From assembly GCF_024502345.1 (NCBI RefSeq), contig NZ_JALDNN010000001.1: a stretch of DNA of 64,000 nucleotides. One strand, written 5' to 3'. The DNA comes from Escherichia coli. Its GTDB lineage: Bacteria > Pseudomonadota > Gammaproteobacteria > Enterobacterales > Enterobacteriaceae. A program made the position numbers and the translations under genes. The stretch's first letter is position 1. Every line of letters begins with the position of its first letter. A model generated the notes under the pieces. It did not search any database. It had not been told where the DNA came from and was given only the letters and a program-made list of their open reading frames with translations. Of the stretch, positions 10,837 to 21,757 are shown one piece after another.

Positions 10837-11375
10837 TGAACCCGCCAATTAATTTTTTGCCCTGGCGACAGCAACGCCGGACCGCTTTTCTTCGTTTCTG
10901 GTTGCTGATGTTCGTTGCGCCTCTGCTGCTGGCCGTCGGGATAACGCTAATACTGCGTCTGACAAGCAGCGCCGAAGCGCGCATAGACGCCGTTTTGCTT
11001 CAGGCGGAACAACAACTCGCCCGCAGCTTACAGATAACGAAACCACGTTTGCTGGAGCGCCAACAAATTCGTGAGCAGCGTTTGCAAAGGCAGCGCCAGC
11101 GACAATTTACCCGCGACTGGCAATCTGCGCTGGAAGCACTGGCGGCGCTTTTACCCGAGCACGCCTGGCTGACAACGATAAGCTGGCAGCAGGGAACGCT
11201 GGAGATCAAGGGGCTGACAACAAGCATTACCGCGTTAAACGCACTAGAAATGTCACTCCGCCAGGATGCGTCTTTTCATCTCAATCAGCGGGGAGCCACG
11301 CAGCAGGATGCGCAGGGACGCTGGCAATTTGAGTATCAGTTAACAAGGAAGGTTAGCGATGAACATGTTCTTTGA
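10836..11375 (+). CDS. hofN: DNA-uptake protein HofN (PilN-like)
   Basis: 179-aa ORF with N-terminal TM segment; start overlaps hofM stop (TGATG). Confidence 0.88.
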   Translation: MNPPINFLPWRQQRRTAFLRFWLLMFVAPLLLAVGITLILRLTSSAEARIDAVLLQAEQQLARSLQITKPRLLERQQIREQRLQRQRQRQFTRDWQSALEALAALLPEHAWLTTISWQQGTLEIKGLTTSITALNALEMSLRQDASFHLNQRGATQQDAQGRWQFEYQLTRKVSDEHVL

Positions 11376-11799
11376 CTGGTGGTTCGCCACATCACCCCGC
11401 CTCCGCCAGCTTTGCTGGGCAGTCTGGTTGCTGATGTTAGTTACGCTCATTTTTCTATCATCGACACACCATGAAGAGCGCGACGCATTAATTCGACTAC
11501 GGGCAAGTCATCACCAGCAGTGGGCCGCACTGTATCGCCTGGTAGACACCACTCCCTTCAGCGAGGAAAAAACGCTGCCCTTTTCGCCACTGGATTTTCA
11601 GTTATCCGGCGCGCAACTGGTTTCCTGGCATCCATCCGCGCAGGGAGGCGAGTTGGCGTTGAAAACGCTGTGGGAAGCAGTGCCGTCGGCATTTACACGG
11701 CTGGCAGAGCGCAACGTCAGCGTGAGCCGTTTTTCGTTAAGCGTGGAAGGTGATGATCTTTTGTTCACGCTACAACTGGAGACGCCGCATGAGGGTTAA
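11359..11799 (+). CDS. hofO: DNA-uptake protein HofO (PilO-like)
   Basis: 146-aa ORF, 17-nt overlap with hofN. Confidence 0.85.
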   Translation: MNMFFDWWFATSPRLRQLCWAVWLLMLVTLIFLSSTHHEERDALIRLRASHHQQWAALYRLVDTTPFSEEKTLPFSPLDFQLSGAQLVSWHPSAQGGELALKTLWEAVPSAFTRLAERNVSVSRFSLSVEGDDLLFTLQLETPHEG

Positions 11800-12193
11800 A
11801 CGCTGGTTGTTGGCAGGTATTGCATTGTGCCTTTTAACCGGTATGCGTGACCCTTTTAAACCGCCGGAAGATCTATGCCGGATTAGCGAACTTAGCCAGT
11901 GGCGCTATCAGGGGATGGTAGGGCGAGGCGAACGCATCATCGGTGTAATAAAAGACGGGCAAAAGAAATGGCGACGGGTGCAGCAAAACGATGTGCTGGA
12001 AAACGGCTGGACAATTTTACAGCTGACGCCAGACGTACTAACGCTGGGTACCGGGACAAACTGCGAACCGCCACAATGGTTGTGGCAACGGCAAGGAGAT
12101 ACAAATGAAGCAATGGATAGCCGCACTACTGTTGATGCTGATACCCGGCGTACAGGCGGCAAAGCCGCAAAAAGTGACGCTGATGGTGGATGA
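11789..12193 (+). CDS. hofP: DNA-uptake protein HofP (PilP-like)
   Basis: ORF 11750..12193; start at ATG 11789 (MRVKRWLLAGIALCLLTGM...), overlapping the hofO stop; 3' end overlaps hofQ by 89 nt in another frame. Confidence 0.8.
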   Translation: MRVKRWLLAGIALCLLTGMRDPFKPPEDLCRISELSQWRYQGMVGRGERIIGVIKDGQKKWRRVQQNDVLENGWTILQLTPDVLTLGTGTNCEPPQWLWQRQGDTNEAMDSRTTVDADTRRTGGKAAKSDADGG

Positions 12194-13343
12194 CGTTCCG
12201 GTAGCTCAGGTGTTGCAGGCGCTGGCTGAACAGGAGAAGTTGAACCTGGTGGTGTCGCCAGACGTCAGCGGTACGGTGTCGTTACATCTAACAGATGTTC
12301 CCTGGAAGCAGGCACTACAAACTGTAGTGAAAAGCGCCGGACTGATAACGCGCCAGGAGGGCAACATTCTCTCGGTGCATTCCGTTGCCTGGCAGAATGA
12401 CAATATCGCCCGTCAGGAGGCGGAGCAGGCGCGGGCGCAGGCAAATCTGCCGCTGGAAAATCGCAATATTACTCTGCAATACGCCGACGCCGGAGAGCTG
12501 GCGAAAGCGGGGGAGAAGCTACTGAGTGCCAAAGGGAGTATGACCGTCGATAAACGCACCAATCGCCTTTTGCTGCGAGATAACAAAACGGCGTTAAGCG
12601 CGCTTGAACAATGGGTAGCGCAAATGGATCTGCCGGTCGGGCAGGTTGAGCTGTCGGCGCATATTGTCACCATTAATGAAAAAAGTTTGCGTGAGTTAGG
12701 CGTGAAATGGACGCTGGCCGATGCGCAACACGCTGGTGGCGTTGGGCAAGTCACCACGCTTGGTAGCGACCTCTCCGTAGCGACGGCGACAACGCATGTC
12801 GGTTTTAACATTGGGCGCATCAACGGACGCTTGCTGGATCTTGAGCTTTCCGCGCTCGAACAAAAACAGCAGCTGGATATTATCGCCAGTCCGCGTCTGC
12901 TGGCCTCACATCTTCAGCCTGCCAGCATTAAACAGGGGAGCGAAATTCCATATCAGGTTTCCAGCGGGGAAAGTGGCGCGACGTCGGTGGAATTTAAAGA
13001 GGCCGTCCTGGGGATGGAGGTCACGCCCACGGTGTTACAAAAAGGTCGCATCCGGCTGAAATTACACATCAGCCAGAACGTTCCGGGGCAGGTGCTACAG
13101 CAGGCCGATGGCGAAGTGCTGGCGATTGATAAGCAGGAGATCGAAACGCAGGTCGAGGTCAAAAGCGGAGAAACGTTGGCGCTGGGCGGCATTTTTACCC
13201 GTAAAAATAAATCGGGTCAGGATAGCGTACCGTTGCTTGGCGACATTCCCTGGTTCGGGCAATTATTTCGTCATGACGGAAAAGAAGATGAACGACGCGA
13301 GTTAGTGGTGTTTATCACGCCACGACTGGTTTCCAGTGAGTAA
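12105..13343 (+). CDS. hofQ: Outer-membrane secretin HofQ (PilQ/ComE-type)
   Basis: 412-aa ORF with signal peptide MKQWIAALLLMLIPGVQA and secretin C-domain (GETLALGGIF...VPLLGDIPWFGQLF). Confidence 0.92.
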   Translation: MKQWIAALLLMLIPGVQAAKPQKVTLMVDDVPVAQVLQALAEQEKLNLVVSPDVSGTVSLHLTDVPWKQALQTVVKSAGLITRQEGNILSVHSVAWQNDNIARQEAEQARAQANLPLENRNITLQYADAGELAKAGEKLLSAKGSMTVDKRTNRLLLRDNKTALSALEQWVAQMDLPVGQVELSAHIVTINEKSLRELGVKWTLADAQHAGGVGQVTTLGSDLSVATATTHVGFNIGRINGRLLDLELSALEQKQQLDIIASPRLLASHLQPASIKQGSEIPYQVSSGESGATSVEFKEAVLGMEVTPTVLQKGRIRLKLHISQNVPGQVLQQADGEVLAIDKQEIETQVEVKSGETLALGGIFTRKNKSGQDSVPLLGDIPWFGQLFRHDGKEDERRELVVFITPRLVSSE

Positions 13344-13743
13344 ACAGCCGTAAAAGCGGTAATGTTTTTATGCTGAACGTGTTTCATCTATTTGACGCGC
13401 GCAGGTATTTAGCATACAAGGAGTACCGATTTGAGAGTTGGTGCTCTTCGCTGCCTGCGTTCCATGATGATGATTTATCATTCAGGCGGCATTTTGCTGT
13501 CTTTTTTACGCTAATCTTACCCGGTGATTTATCGCCAGAGCGGTGGTAGCAAGGCAGCGCGCTTGCAGCGACCAGATATGCAGAGGGATGGGTGATTTAT
13601 TCAGTTGCCAAACCCGCTGGAGTATTGAGATAATTTTCAGTCTGACTCTCGCAATATCTTATGAGGTTTCAGTTCATGTCCTGCGGCGCTCTCTGAGCGA
13701 AGCGGGTTTATCATTAACGAATAGTCTTAGTAGTACCGAAAAA

Positions 13744-14265
13744 ATGGCAGAGAAACGCAATATCTTTCTGGTTGGGCCTATGGGTGCCGGAAAAAGCACT
13801 ATTGGGCGCCAGTTAGCTCAACAACTCAATATGGAATTTTACGATTCCGATCAAGAGATTGAGAAACGAACCGGAGCTGATGTGGGCTGGGTTTTCGATT
13901 TAGAAGGCGAAGAAGGCTTCCGCGATCGCGAAGAAAAGGTCATCAATGAGTTGACCGAGAAACAGGGTATTGTGCTGGCTACTGGCGGCGGCTCTGTGAA
14001 ATCCCGTGAAACGCGTAACCGTCTTTCCGCTCGTGGCGTTGTCGTTTATCTTGAAACGACCATCGAAAAGCAACTTGCACGCACGCAGCGTGATAAAAAA
14101 CGCCCGTTGCTGCACGTTGAAACACCGCCGCGTGAAGTTCTGGAAGCGTTGGCCAATGAACGCAATCCGCTGTATGAAGAGATTGCCGACGTGACCATTC
14201 GTACTGATGATCAAAGCGCTAAAGTGGTTGCAAACCAGATTATTCACATGCTGGAAAGCAACTAA
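13744..14265 (+). CDS. aroK: Shikimate kinase I
   Basis: ORF 13543..14265; ATG at 13744 gives [25 protein letters not shown]... with Walker A; 173 aa. Confidence 0.93.
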   Translation: MAEKRNIFLVGPMGAGKSTIGRQLAQQLNMEFYDSDQEIEKRTGADVGWVFDLEGEEGFRDREEKVINELTEKQGIVLATGGGSVKSRETRNRLSARGVVVYLETTIEKQLARTQRDKKRPLLHVETPPREVLEALANERNPLYEEIADVTIRTDDQSAKVVANQIIHMLESN

Positions 14266-14321
14266 TTCTGGCTTTATATACACTCGTCTGCGGGTACAGT
14301 AATTAAGGTGGATGTCGCGTT

Positions 14322-15410
14322 ATGGAGAGGATTGTCGTTACTCTCGGGGAACGTAGTTACCCAATTACCATCGCATCTGGTTTGTTTAATGAACCAGCTT
14401 CATTCTTACCGCTGAAATCGGGCGAGCAGGTCATGTTGGTCACCAACGAAACCCTGGCTCCTCTGTATCTCGATAAGGTCCGCGGCGTACTTGAACAGGC
14501 GGGTGTTAACGTCGATAGCGTTACCCTCCCTGACGGCGAGCAGTATAAAAGCCTGGCTGTACTCGATACCGTCTTTACGGCGTTGTTACAAAAGCCGCAT
14601 GGTCGCGATACTACGCTGGTGGCGCTTGGCGGCGGCGTAGTGGGCGATCTGACCGGCTTCGCGGCGGCGAGTTATCAGCGCGGTGTTCGTTTCATTCAAG
14701 TCCCGACGACGTTACTGTCGCAGGTCGATTCCTCCGTTGGCGGCAAAACTGCGGTCAACCATCCCCTCGGTAAAAACATGATTGGCGCGTTCTACCAGCC
14801 TGCTTCAGTGGTGGTGGATCTCGACTGTCTGAAAACGCTTCCCCCGCGTGAGTTAGCGTCGGGGCTGGCAGAAGTCATCAAATACGGCATTATTCTTGAC
14901 GGTGCGTTTTTTAACTGGCTGGAAGAGAATCTGGATGCGTTGTTGCGTCTGGACGGTCCGGCAATGGCGTACTGTATTCGCCGTTGTTGTGAACTGAAGT
15001 CAGAAGTTGTCGCCGCCGACGAGCGCGAAACCGGGTTACGTGCTTTACTGAATCTGGGACACACCTTTGGTCATGCCATTGAAGCTGAAATGGGGTATGG
15101 CAATTGGTTACATGGTGAAGCGGTCGCTGCGGGTATGGTGATGGCGGCGCGGACGTCGGAACGTCTCGGGCAGTTTAGTTCTGCCGAAACGCAGCGTATT
15201 ATAACCCTGCTCACGCGGGCTGGGTTACCGGTCAATGGGCCGCGCGAAATGTCCGCGCAGGCGTATTTACCGCATATGCTGCGTGACAAGAAAGTCCTTG
15301 CGGGAGAGATGCGCTTAATTCTTCCGTTGGCAATTGGTAAGAGTGAAGTTCGCAGCGGCGTTTCGCACGAGCTTGTTCTTAACGCCATTGCCGATTGTCA
15401 ATCAGCGTAA
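14322..15410 (+). CDS. aroB: 3-dehydroquinate synthase
   Basis: 362-aa [25 protein letters not shown]...; NAD-binding GGGVVGD motif. Confidence 0.95.
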   Translation: MERIVVTLGERSYPITIASGLFNEPASFLPLKSGEQVMLVTNETLAPLYLDKVRGVLEQAGVNVDSVTLPDGEQYKSLAVLDTVFTALLQKPHGRDTTLVALGGGVVGDLTGFAAASYQRGVRFIQVPTTLLSQVDSSVGGKTAVNHPLGKNMIGAFYQPASVVVDLDCLKTLPPRELASGLAEVIKYGIILDGAFFNWLEENLDALLRLDGPAMAYCIRRCCELKSEVVAADERETGLRALLNLGHTFGHAIEAEMGYGNWLHGEAVAAGMVMAARTSERLGQFSSAETQRIITLLTRAGLPVNGPREMSAQAYLPHMLRDKKVLAGEMRLILPLAIGKSEVRSGVSHELVLNAIADCQSA

Positions 15411-15501
15411 CAACAAGAAAGGTCAGGCCGCTTATCAAGCGGTCTATTAGCTTCAGGTTAATTGCAACGTGGTAAGCATTAACCTTTTAGTGGGGTGTTA
15501 A

Positions 15502-16788
15502 ATGGATGAATTCAAACCAGAAGACGAGCTGAAACCCGATCCCAGCGATCGTCGTACTGGTCGTTCTCGTCAATCTTCTGAACGTTCTGAGCGTACTGAA
15601 CGTGGCGAACCGCAGATCAATTTTGATGATATTGAACTTGATGACACTGACGATCGCCGTCCGACTCGTGCGCAAAAAGAGCGCAATGAGGAACCGGAAA
15701 TCGAAGAAGAAATTGACGAATCCGAAGATGAAACCGTGGATGAAGAGCGCGTAGAGCGTCGTCCGCGTAAGCGCAAAAAAGCAGCCAGTAAACCCGCTTC
15801 TCGTCAGTATATGATGATGGGCGTCGGCATTCTGGTTCTACTGCTGTTGATCATCGGTATCGGTTCTGCGCTAAAAGCCCCCTCGACCACTTCCAGCGAT
15901 CAAACCGCGTCTGGCGAGAAGAGTATTGATCTTGCTGGCAATGCGACCGATCAGGCGAATGGCGTGCAGCCAGCGCCGGGAACCACGTCTGCGGAAAATA
16001 CTCAGCAGGATGTTTCTCTGCCACCGATCTCTTCTACGCCGACTCAAGGGCAAACCCCGGCGGCAACGGATGGTCAACAACGTGTTGAAGTGCAGGGTGA
16101 CCTGAACAATGCGCTGACCCAGCCACAAAATCAGCAACAGTTGAACAATGTGGCGGTCAATTCCACATTGCCGACCGAACCCGCGACTGTCGCGCCTGTT
16201 CGCAATGGCAATGCATCCCGTGAAACGGCGAAAACGCAAACCGCTGAACGTCCGGCCACTACGCGTCCAGCTCGCCAGCAGGCAGTGATTGAACCGAAAA
16301 AACCGCAAGCAACCGTGAAAACGGAGCCGAAGCCGGTAGCACAGACGCCGAAGCGTACTGAACCAGCTGCCCCTGTGGCGAGCACGAAGGCACCGGCTGC
16401 GACTTCTACGCCAGCACCAAAAGAGACGGCGACTACGGCTCCAGTACAGACGGCATCCCCGGCGCAAACCACGGCAACACCAGCCGCTGGAGGGAAGACC
16501 GCAGGTAATGTTGGTTCGTTGAAATCGGCACCGTCCAGCCATTACACTCTGCAGCTGAGCAGTTCCTCTAACTACGACAACCTGAACGGTTGGGCGAAGA
16601 AAGAGAATCTGAAAAACTACGTTGTCTATGAAACGACGCGTAATGGTCAGCCGTGGTATGTCCTGGTTTCTGGCGTGTACGCTTCGAAAGAAGAGGCGAA
16701 AAAAGCGGTATCTACATTGCCAGCAGATGTTCAGGCCAAAAACCCGTGGGCGAAACCGCTGCGTCAGGTACAGGCCGATCTGAAGTAA
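15502..16788 (+). CDS. damX: Cell-division protein DamX (SPOR domain)
   Basis: 428-aa ORF: acidic N-terminus, one TM segment, long P/T/A/Q-rich linker, C-terminal SPOR-like domain. Confidence 0.93.
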   Translation: MDEFKPEDELKPDPSDRRTGRSRQSSERSERTERGEPQINFDDIELDDTDDRRPTRAQKERNEEPEIEEEIDESEDETVDEERVERRPRKRKKAASKPASRQYMMMGVGILVLLLLIIGIGSALKAPSTTSSDQTASGEKSIDLAGNATDQANGVQPAPGTTSAENTQQDVSLPPISSTPTQGQTPAATDGQQRVEVQGDLNNALTQPQNQQQLNNVAVNSTLPTEPATVAPVRNGNASRETAKTQTAERPATTRPARQQAVIEPKKPQATVKTEPKPVAQTPKRTEPAAPVASTKAPAATSTPAPKETATTAPVQTASPAQTTATPAAGGKTAGNVGSLKSAPSSHYTLQLSSSSNYDNLNGWAKKENLKNYVVYETTRNGQPWYVLVSGVYASKEEAKKAVSTLPADVQAKNPWAKPLRQVQADLK

Positions 16789-16894
16789 TCAAGGTTATCT
16801 CCCGCAATGGTTTATCGTTGCGGGAGTTGCCTGAAGCGCTGGATGCTGTCGGAGCTTTCTCCACAGCCGGAGAAGGTGTAATTAGTTAGTCAGC

Positions 16895-17731
16895 ATGAAG
16901 AAAAATCGCGCTTTTTTGAAGTGGGCAGGGGGCAAGTATCCCCTGCTTGATGATATTAAACGGCATTTGCCCAAGGGCGAATGTCTGGTTGAGCCTTTTG
17001 TAGGTGCCGGGTCGGTGTTTCTCAACACCGACTTTTCTCGTTATATCCTTGCCGATATCAATAGCGACCTGATCAGTCTCTATAACATTGTGAAGATGCG
17101 TACTGATGAGTACGTACAGGCCGCACGCGAGCTGTTTGTTCCCGAAACAAATTGCGCCGAGGTTTACTATCAGTTCCGCGAAGAGTTCAACAAAAGCCAG
17201 GATCCGTTCCGTCGGGCGGTACTGTTTTTATATTTGAACCGCTACGGTTACAACGGCCTGTGTCGTTACAATCTGCGCGGTGAGTTTAACGTGCCGTTTG
17301 GCCGCTACAAAAAACCCTATTTCCCGGAAGCAGAGTTGTATCACTTCGCTGAAAAAGCGCAGAATGCCTTTTTCTATTGTGAGTCTTACGCCGATAGCAT
17401 GGCGCGCGCAGATGATGCATCCGTCGTCTATTGCGATCCGCCTTATGCACCGCTGTCTGCGACCGCCAACTTTACGGCGTATCACACAAACAGTTTTACG
17501 CTTGAACAACAAGCGCATCTGGCGGAGATCGCCGAAGGTCTGGTTGATCGCCATATTCCTGTGCTGATCTCCAATCACGATACGATGTTAACGCGTGAGT
17601 GGTATCAGCGCGCAAAATTGCATGTCGTCAAAGTTCGACGCAGTATAAGCAGCAACGGCGGCACACGTAAAAAGGTGGACGAACTGCTGGCTTTGTACAA
17701 ACCAGGAGTCGTTTCACCCGCGAAAAAATAA
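16895..17731 (+). CDS. dam: DNA adenine methyltransferase (GATC)
   Basis: 278-aa [24 protein letters not shown]...; catalytic DPPY motif ([12 protein letters not shown]). Confidence 0.96.
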   Translation: MKKNRAFLKWAGGKYPLLDDIKRHLPKGECLVEPFVGAGSVFLNTDFSRYILADINSDLISLYNIVKMRTDEYVQAARELFVPETNCAEVYYQFREEFNKSQDPFRRAVLFLYLNRYGYNGLCRYNLRGEFNVPFGRYKKPYFPEAELYHFAEKAQNAFFYCESYADSMARADDASVVYCDPPYAPLSATANFTAYHTNSFTLEQQAHLAEIAEGLVDRHIPVLISNHDTMLTREWYQRAKLHVVKVRRSISSNGGTRKKVDELLALYKPGVVSPAKK

Positions 17732-17748
17732 TTCTCAAGGAGAAGCGG

Positions 17749-18426
17749 ATGAAACAGTATTTGATTGCCCCCTCAATTCTGTCGGCTGATTTTGCCCGCC
17801 TGGGTGAAGATACCGCAAAAGCCCTGGCAGCTGGCGCTGATGTCGTGCATTTTGACGTCATGGATAACCACTATGTTCCCAATCTGACGATTGGGCCAAT
17901 GGTGCTGAAATCCTTGCGTAACTACGGCATTACCGCCCCTATCGACGTACACCTGATGGTGAAACCTGTCGATCGCATTGTGCCTGATTTCGCTGCCGCT
18001 GGTGCCAGCATCATTACCTTTCATCCAGAAGCCTCCGAGCATGTTGACCGCACGCTGCAACTGATTAAAGAAAATGGCTGTAAAGCGGGACTGGTATTTA
18101 ACCCGGCGACACCGCTGAGCTATCTGGATTACGTGATGGATAAGCTGGATGTGATCCTGCTGATGTCCGTCAATCCTGGTTTCGGCGGTCAGTCGTTCAT
18201 TCCTCAAACACTGGATAAACTGCGCGAAGTACGTCGTCGTATCGACGAGTCTGGCTTTGACATTCGTCTGGAAGTAGACGGTGGCGTGAAGGTGAACAAC
18301 ATTGGCGAAATCGCTGCGGCGGGCGCGGATATGTTCGTCGCCGGTTCGGCAATCTTCGACCAGCCAGACTACAAAAAAGTCATTGATGAAATGCGCAGTG
18401 AACTGGCAAAGGTAAGTCATGAATAA
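17749..18426 (+). CDS. rpe: Ribulose-phosphate 3-epimerase
   Basis: 225-aa [24 protein letters not shown]... Confidence 0.95.
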   Translation: MKQYLIAPSILSADFARLGEDTAKALAAGADVVHFDVMDNHYVPNLTIGPMVLKSLRNYGITAPIDVHLMVKPVDRIVPDFAAAGASIITFHPEASEHVDRTLQLIKENGCKAGLVFNPATPLSYLDYVMDKLDVILLMSVNPGFGGQSFIPQTLDKLREVRRRIDESGFDIRLEVDGGVKVNNIGEIAAAGADMFVAGSAIFDQPDYKKVIDEMRSELAKVSHE

Positions 18427-19177
18427 GTTTGAAGATATTCGCGGCGTCGCTTTTGATCTTGATGGTACGCTGGTCGACAGTGCTCCCGGTCTTGCTGCTG
18501 CGGTAGATATGGCGCTGTATGCGCTGGAGTTGCCCATCGCAGGTGAAGAACGCGTTATTACCTGGATTGGTAACGGCGCAGATGTTCTGATGGAGCGCGC
18601 ATTGACCTGGGCGCGTCAGGAACGTGCGACTCAGCGTAAAACAATGGGTAAACCGCCCGTTGATGACGACATTCCGGCAGAAGAACAGGTACGTATTCTG
18701 CGTAAACTGTTCGATCGCTACTATGGCGAGGTTGCCGAAGAGGGGACGTTTTTGTTCCCGCACGTTGCCGATACGTTGGGCGCGTTGCAGGCTAAAGGCC
18801 TGCCGCTAGGCCTGGTCACCAACAAACCGACGCCGTTCGTCGCGCCGCTGCTCGAAGCCTTAGATATTGCCAAATACTTTAGCGTGGTTATCGGCGGCGA
18901 TGATGTGAAAAACAAAAAACCGCATCCGGACCCGCTGTTACTGGTGGCTGAGCGGATGGGAATTGCCTCACAAGAGATGCTGTTTGTCGGCGACTCACGC
19001 AATGATATTCAGGCGGCAAAAGCGGCAGGTTGCCCATCAGTTGGCTTAACCTACGGATATAACTACGGCGAGGCTATCGATCTCAGCCAGCCTGATGTAA
19101 TTTATCAGTCTATAAATGACCTTCTGCCCGCATTAGGGCTTCCGCATAGCGAAAATCAGGAATCGAAAAATGACTAA
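18419..19177 (+). CDS. gph: Phosphoglycolate phosphatase (HAD family)
   Basis: 252-aa ORF with HAD motif I ([12 protein letters not shown]); 8-nt overlap with rpe. Confidence 0.94.
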   Translation: MNKFEDIRGVAFDLDGTLVDSAPGLAAAVDMALYALELPIAGEERVITWIGNGADVLMERALTWARQERATQRKTMGKPPVDDDIPAEEQVRILRKLFDRYYGEVAEEGTFLFPHVADTLGALQAKGLPLGLVTNKPTPFVAPLLEALDIAKYFSVVIGGDDVKNKKPHPDPLLLVAERMGIASQEMLFVGDSRNDIQAAKAAGCPSVGLTYGYNYGEAIDLSQPDVIYQSINDLLPALGLPHSENQESKND

Positions 19178-20174
19178 GCCCATCGTTTTTAGTGGCGCAC
19201 AGCCCTCAGGTGAATTGACCATTGGTAACTACATGGGTGCGCTGCGTCAGTGGGTAAACATGCAGGATGACTACCATTGCATTTACTGTATCGTTGACCA
19301 ACACGCGATCACCGTGCGCCAGGATGCACAGAAGCTGCGTAAAGCGACGCTGGATACGCTGGCCTTGTATCTGGCTTGTGGTATCGATCCTGAGAAAAGC
19401 ACCATTTTTGTTCAGTCCCACGTACCAGAACATGCGCAGTTAGGCTGGGCACTGAACTGCTATACCTACTTCGGCGAACTGAGCCGCATGACCCAGTTTA
19501 AAGATAAATCTGCGCGTTATGCCGAGAACATCAACGCTGGTCTGTTTGACTATCCGGTGCTGATGGCTGCGGACATCCTGCTGTATCAAACTAATCTGGT
19601 ACCGGTGGGTGAAGACCAGAAACAGCACCTGGAACTGAGTCGCGATATCGCCCAGCGTTTCAACGCGCTGTATGGCGAGATCTTTAAGGTGCCGGAGCCG
19701 TTTATTCCGAAATCTGGCGCGCGCGTAATGTCGCTGCTGGAGCCGACCAAGAAGATGTCCAAGTCTGACGATAACCGCAATAACGTTATCGGCCTGCTGG
19801 AAGATCCGAAATCGGTAGTGAAGAAAATCAAACGCGCGGTCACTGACTCCGACGAGCCGCCGGTAGTTCGCTACGATGTGCAGAACAAAGCGGGCGTTTC
19901 CAACCTGCTGGATATCCTTTCTGCGGTAACGGGCCAGAGCATCCCAGAACTGGAAAAACAGTTCGAAGGCAAGATGTATGGTCATCTGAAAGGTGAAGTG
20001 GCTGATGCCGTTTCCGGTATGCTGACTGAATTGCAGGAACGCTATCACCGTTTCCGCAACGATGAAGCCTTCCTGCAACAGGTGATGAAAGACGGCGCAG
20101 AAAAAGCCAGTGTACACGCTTCCCGTACGCTGAAAGCGGTGTACGAAGCGATTGGTTTTGTGGCGAAGCCGTAA
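19170..20174 (+). CDS. trpS: Tryptophanyl-tRNA synthetase
   Basis: 334-aa ORF; class I HIGH-type (TIGNYMG) and KMSKS motifs. Confidence 0.96.
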   Translation: MTKPIVFSGAQPSGELTIGNYMGALRQWVNMQDDYHCIYCIVDQHAITVRQDAQKLRKATLDTLALYLACGIDPEKSTIFVQSHVPEHAQLGWALNCYTYFGELSRMTQFKDKSARYAENINAGLFDYPVLMAADILLYQTNLVPVGEDQKQHLELSRDIAQRFNALYGEIFKVPEPFIPKSGARVMSLLEPTKKMSKSDDNRNNVIGLLEDPKSVVKKIKRAVTDSDEPPVVRYDVQNKAGVSNLLDILSAVTGQSIPELEKQFEGKMYGHLKGEVADAVSGMLTELQERYHRFRNDEAFLQQVMKDGAEKASVHASRTLKAVYEAIGFVAKP

Positions 20175-20189
20175 TATCAAAACGCTCGG

Positions 20190-20232
20190 ACGGTCCCCTC
20201 GCCCCTTTGGGGAGAGGGTTAGGGTGAGGGGA
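20190..20232. repeat. GC-rich hairpin repeat, copy 1 (resembles E. coli boxC-class intergenic repeats)
   Basis: ACGGTCCCCTCGCCCCTTTGGGGAGAGGGTTAGGGTGAGGGGA; identical 43-mer recurs at 27897..27939. Confidence 0.8.
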
Positions 20233-20301
20233 GCAGGGAAGCGCCAGTGGGAATTACCCTTTGCTCGCATTGTCGAATAAATCACTTCGTCATCACTCTG
20301 A

Positions 20302-20327
20302 AACCGGGGAAACCCGGTTTTTTTATC
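20302..20327 (+). terminator. Rho-independent terminator downstream of trpS
   Basis: ACCGGGG-aaa-CCCGGT followed by TTTTTTTAT. Confidence 0.75.
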
Positions 20328-20392
20328 CTCATTTGCAATAATCCGAAAAAATGTGAAGCGCCTCGCCGTTTCCACATCTCACAGTTGCCACT

Positions 20393-20414
20393 TATCTTCA
20401 TTTTAATGAAGATA
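20393..20414. promoter_or_regulatory. Inverted repeat TATCTTCAT-N4-ATGAAGATA upstream of yhfZ (candidate operator)
   Basis: Perfect 9-bp arms, about 30 bp upstream of the yhfZ start codon in an AT-rich promoter-like region. Confidence 0.4.
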
Positions 20415-20442
20415 TAAACATTCATTTTATTGAAAATATATT

Positions 20443-21348
20443 ATGCGTCGAACGTTTATCAAAAAAGAAGGCGTCGTTATCACGACGCTGGCCCGTTATT
20501 TGTTGGGTGAAAAATGCGGTAATAGGTTGAAAACCATAGATGAGCTGGCAACTGAATGCCGTTCATCCGTTGGCCTGACGCAGGCCGCGTTGAAAACGCT
20601 GGAATCAAGCGGAGCGATACGGATTGAACGCCGTGGGCGCAATGGCAGTTATCTGGTCGAGATGGATAACAAAGCATTGCTGAGTCATGTGGATATCAAC
20701 AACGTGGTATGTGCGATGCCTTTGCCCTATACCCGCTTGTACGAAGGTTTAGCGAGCGGATTGAAAGCCCAGTTTGATGGCATTCCTTTTTACTATGCGC
20801 ATATGCGCGGCGCGGATATTCGCGTGGAGTGTTTACTTAACGGCGTGTATGACATGGCGGTGGTTTCCCGACTGGCGGCGGAAAGTTATCTCACGCAAAA
20901 AGGGTTTTGCCTCGCGCTGGAGTTGGGGCCGCACACCTACGTTGGCGAGCACCAGTTGATTTGCCGTAAAGGCGAGTCCGCAAACGTGAAGCGCGTGGGG
21001 CTGGATAACCGTTCGGCGGATCAGAAAATCATGACCGATGTTTTTTTTGGCGGTAGTGATGTGGAACGAGTCGATCTCTCTTATCACGAGAGTTTACAAC
21101 GCATTGTTAAAGGCGATGTCGATGCGGTGATCTGGAACGTGGTGGCGGAAAACGAACTGACCATGCTGGGATTAGAGGCGACGCCGCTCACAGACGATCC
21201 GCGATTTTTACAGGCCACCGAAGCCGTGGTCCTGACGCGAGTCGATGATTACCCAATGCAACAACTGCTGCGTGCCGTTGTAGATAAACACGCCCTGCTT
21301 GCCCATCAACAACGGGTGGTGAGTGGGGAACAGGAACCCAGTTATTAA
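20443..21348 (+). CDS. yhfZ: Putative transcriptional regulator YhfZ (N-terminal winged-HTH, C-terminal ligand-binding domain)
   Basis: 301-aa ORF; HTH-like segment TIDELATECRSSVGLTQAALKTLESSGAIRIERRGRNGSYLV. Confidence 0.85.
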   Translation: MRRTFIKKEGVVITTLARYLLGEKCGNRLKTIDELATECRSSVGLTQAALKTLESSGAIRIERRGRNGSYLVEMDNKALLSHVDINNVVCAMPLPYTRLYEGLASGLKAQFDGIPFYYAHMRGADIRVECLLNGVYDMAVVSRLAAESYLTQKGFCLALELGPHTYVGEHQLICRKGESANVKRVGLDNRSADQKIMTDVFFGGSDVERVDLSYHESLQRIVKGDVDAVIWNVVAENELTMLGLEATPLTDDPRFLQATEAVVLTRVDDYPMQQLLRAVVDKHALLAHQQRVVSGEQEPSY

Positions 21349-21364
21349 ACGAAAGGCATCTGAT

Positions 21365-21727
21365 ATGGAAACCAGACTCAACCTGCTTTGCGAGGCAGGC
21401 GTTATTGATAAGGACGTCTGCAAAGGCATGATGCAGGTCGTCAACGTACTGGAAAAAGAGTGCCATCTGCCGGTGCGCAGTGAGCAAGGAACGATGGCGA
21501 TGACACATATGGCGAGTGCACTGATGCGCAGTCGCCGTGGTGAAGAAATTGAGCCATTGGATAACGAGTTGCTGGCAGAACTGGCGCAATCCAGCCACTG
21601 GCAAGCCGTTGTGCAATTGCATCAGGTGTTGTTGAAGGAATTCGCACTGGAAGTTAACCCGTGTGAAGAAGGCTATTTGCTGGCCAACCTTTATGGATTA
21701 TGGATGGCTGCTAACGAAGAGGTTTGA
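21365..21727 (+). CDS. yhfY: PRD-domain protein YhfY
   Basis: ORF 21323..21727; start taken at ATG 21365 (METRLNLLCEAGVIDKD...), 120 aa. Confidence 0.8.
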   Translation: METRLNLLCEAGVIDKDVCKGMMQVVNVLEKECHLPVRSEQGTMAMTHMASALMRSRRGEEIEPLDNELLAELAQSSHWQAVVQLHQVLLKEFALEVNPCEEGYLLANLYGLWMAANEEV

Positions 21728-21757
21728 AGCTCCCGACAAATCCACGTCGCACAACCT

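Noticed and set aside
11750-12193. Using the upstream start (11750) for hofP, which would give a 147-aa product
   Set aside because: The ATG at 11789 follows the hofO stop region and yields a signal-peptide-like N-terminus (MRVKRWLLAGIALCLLTG); the upstream extension lies inside hofO
15800-16560. Apparent low-complexity/repetitive DNA in damX
   Set aside because: Reflects a Pro/Thr/Ala/Gln-rich linker in the protein rather than a tandem DNA repeat or mobile element
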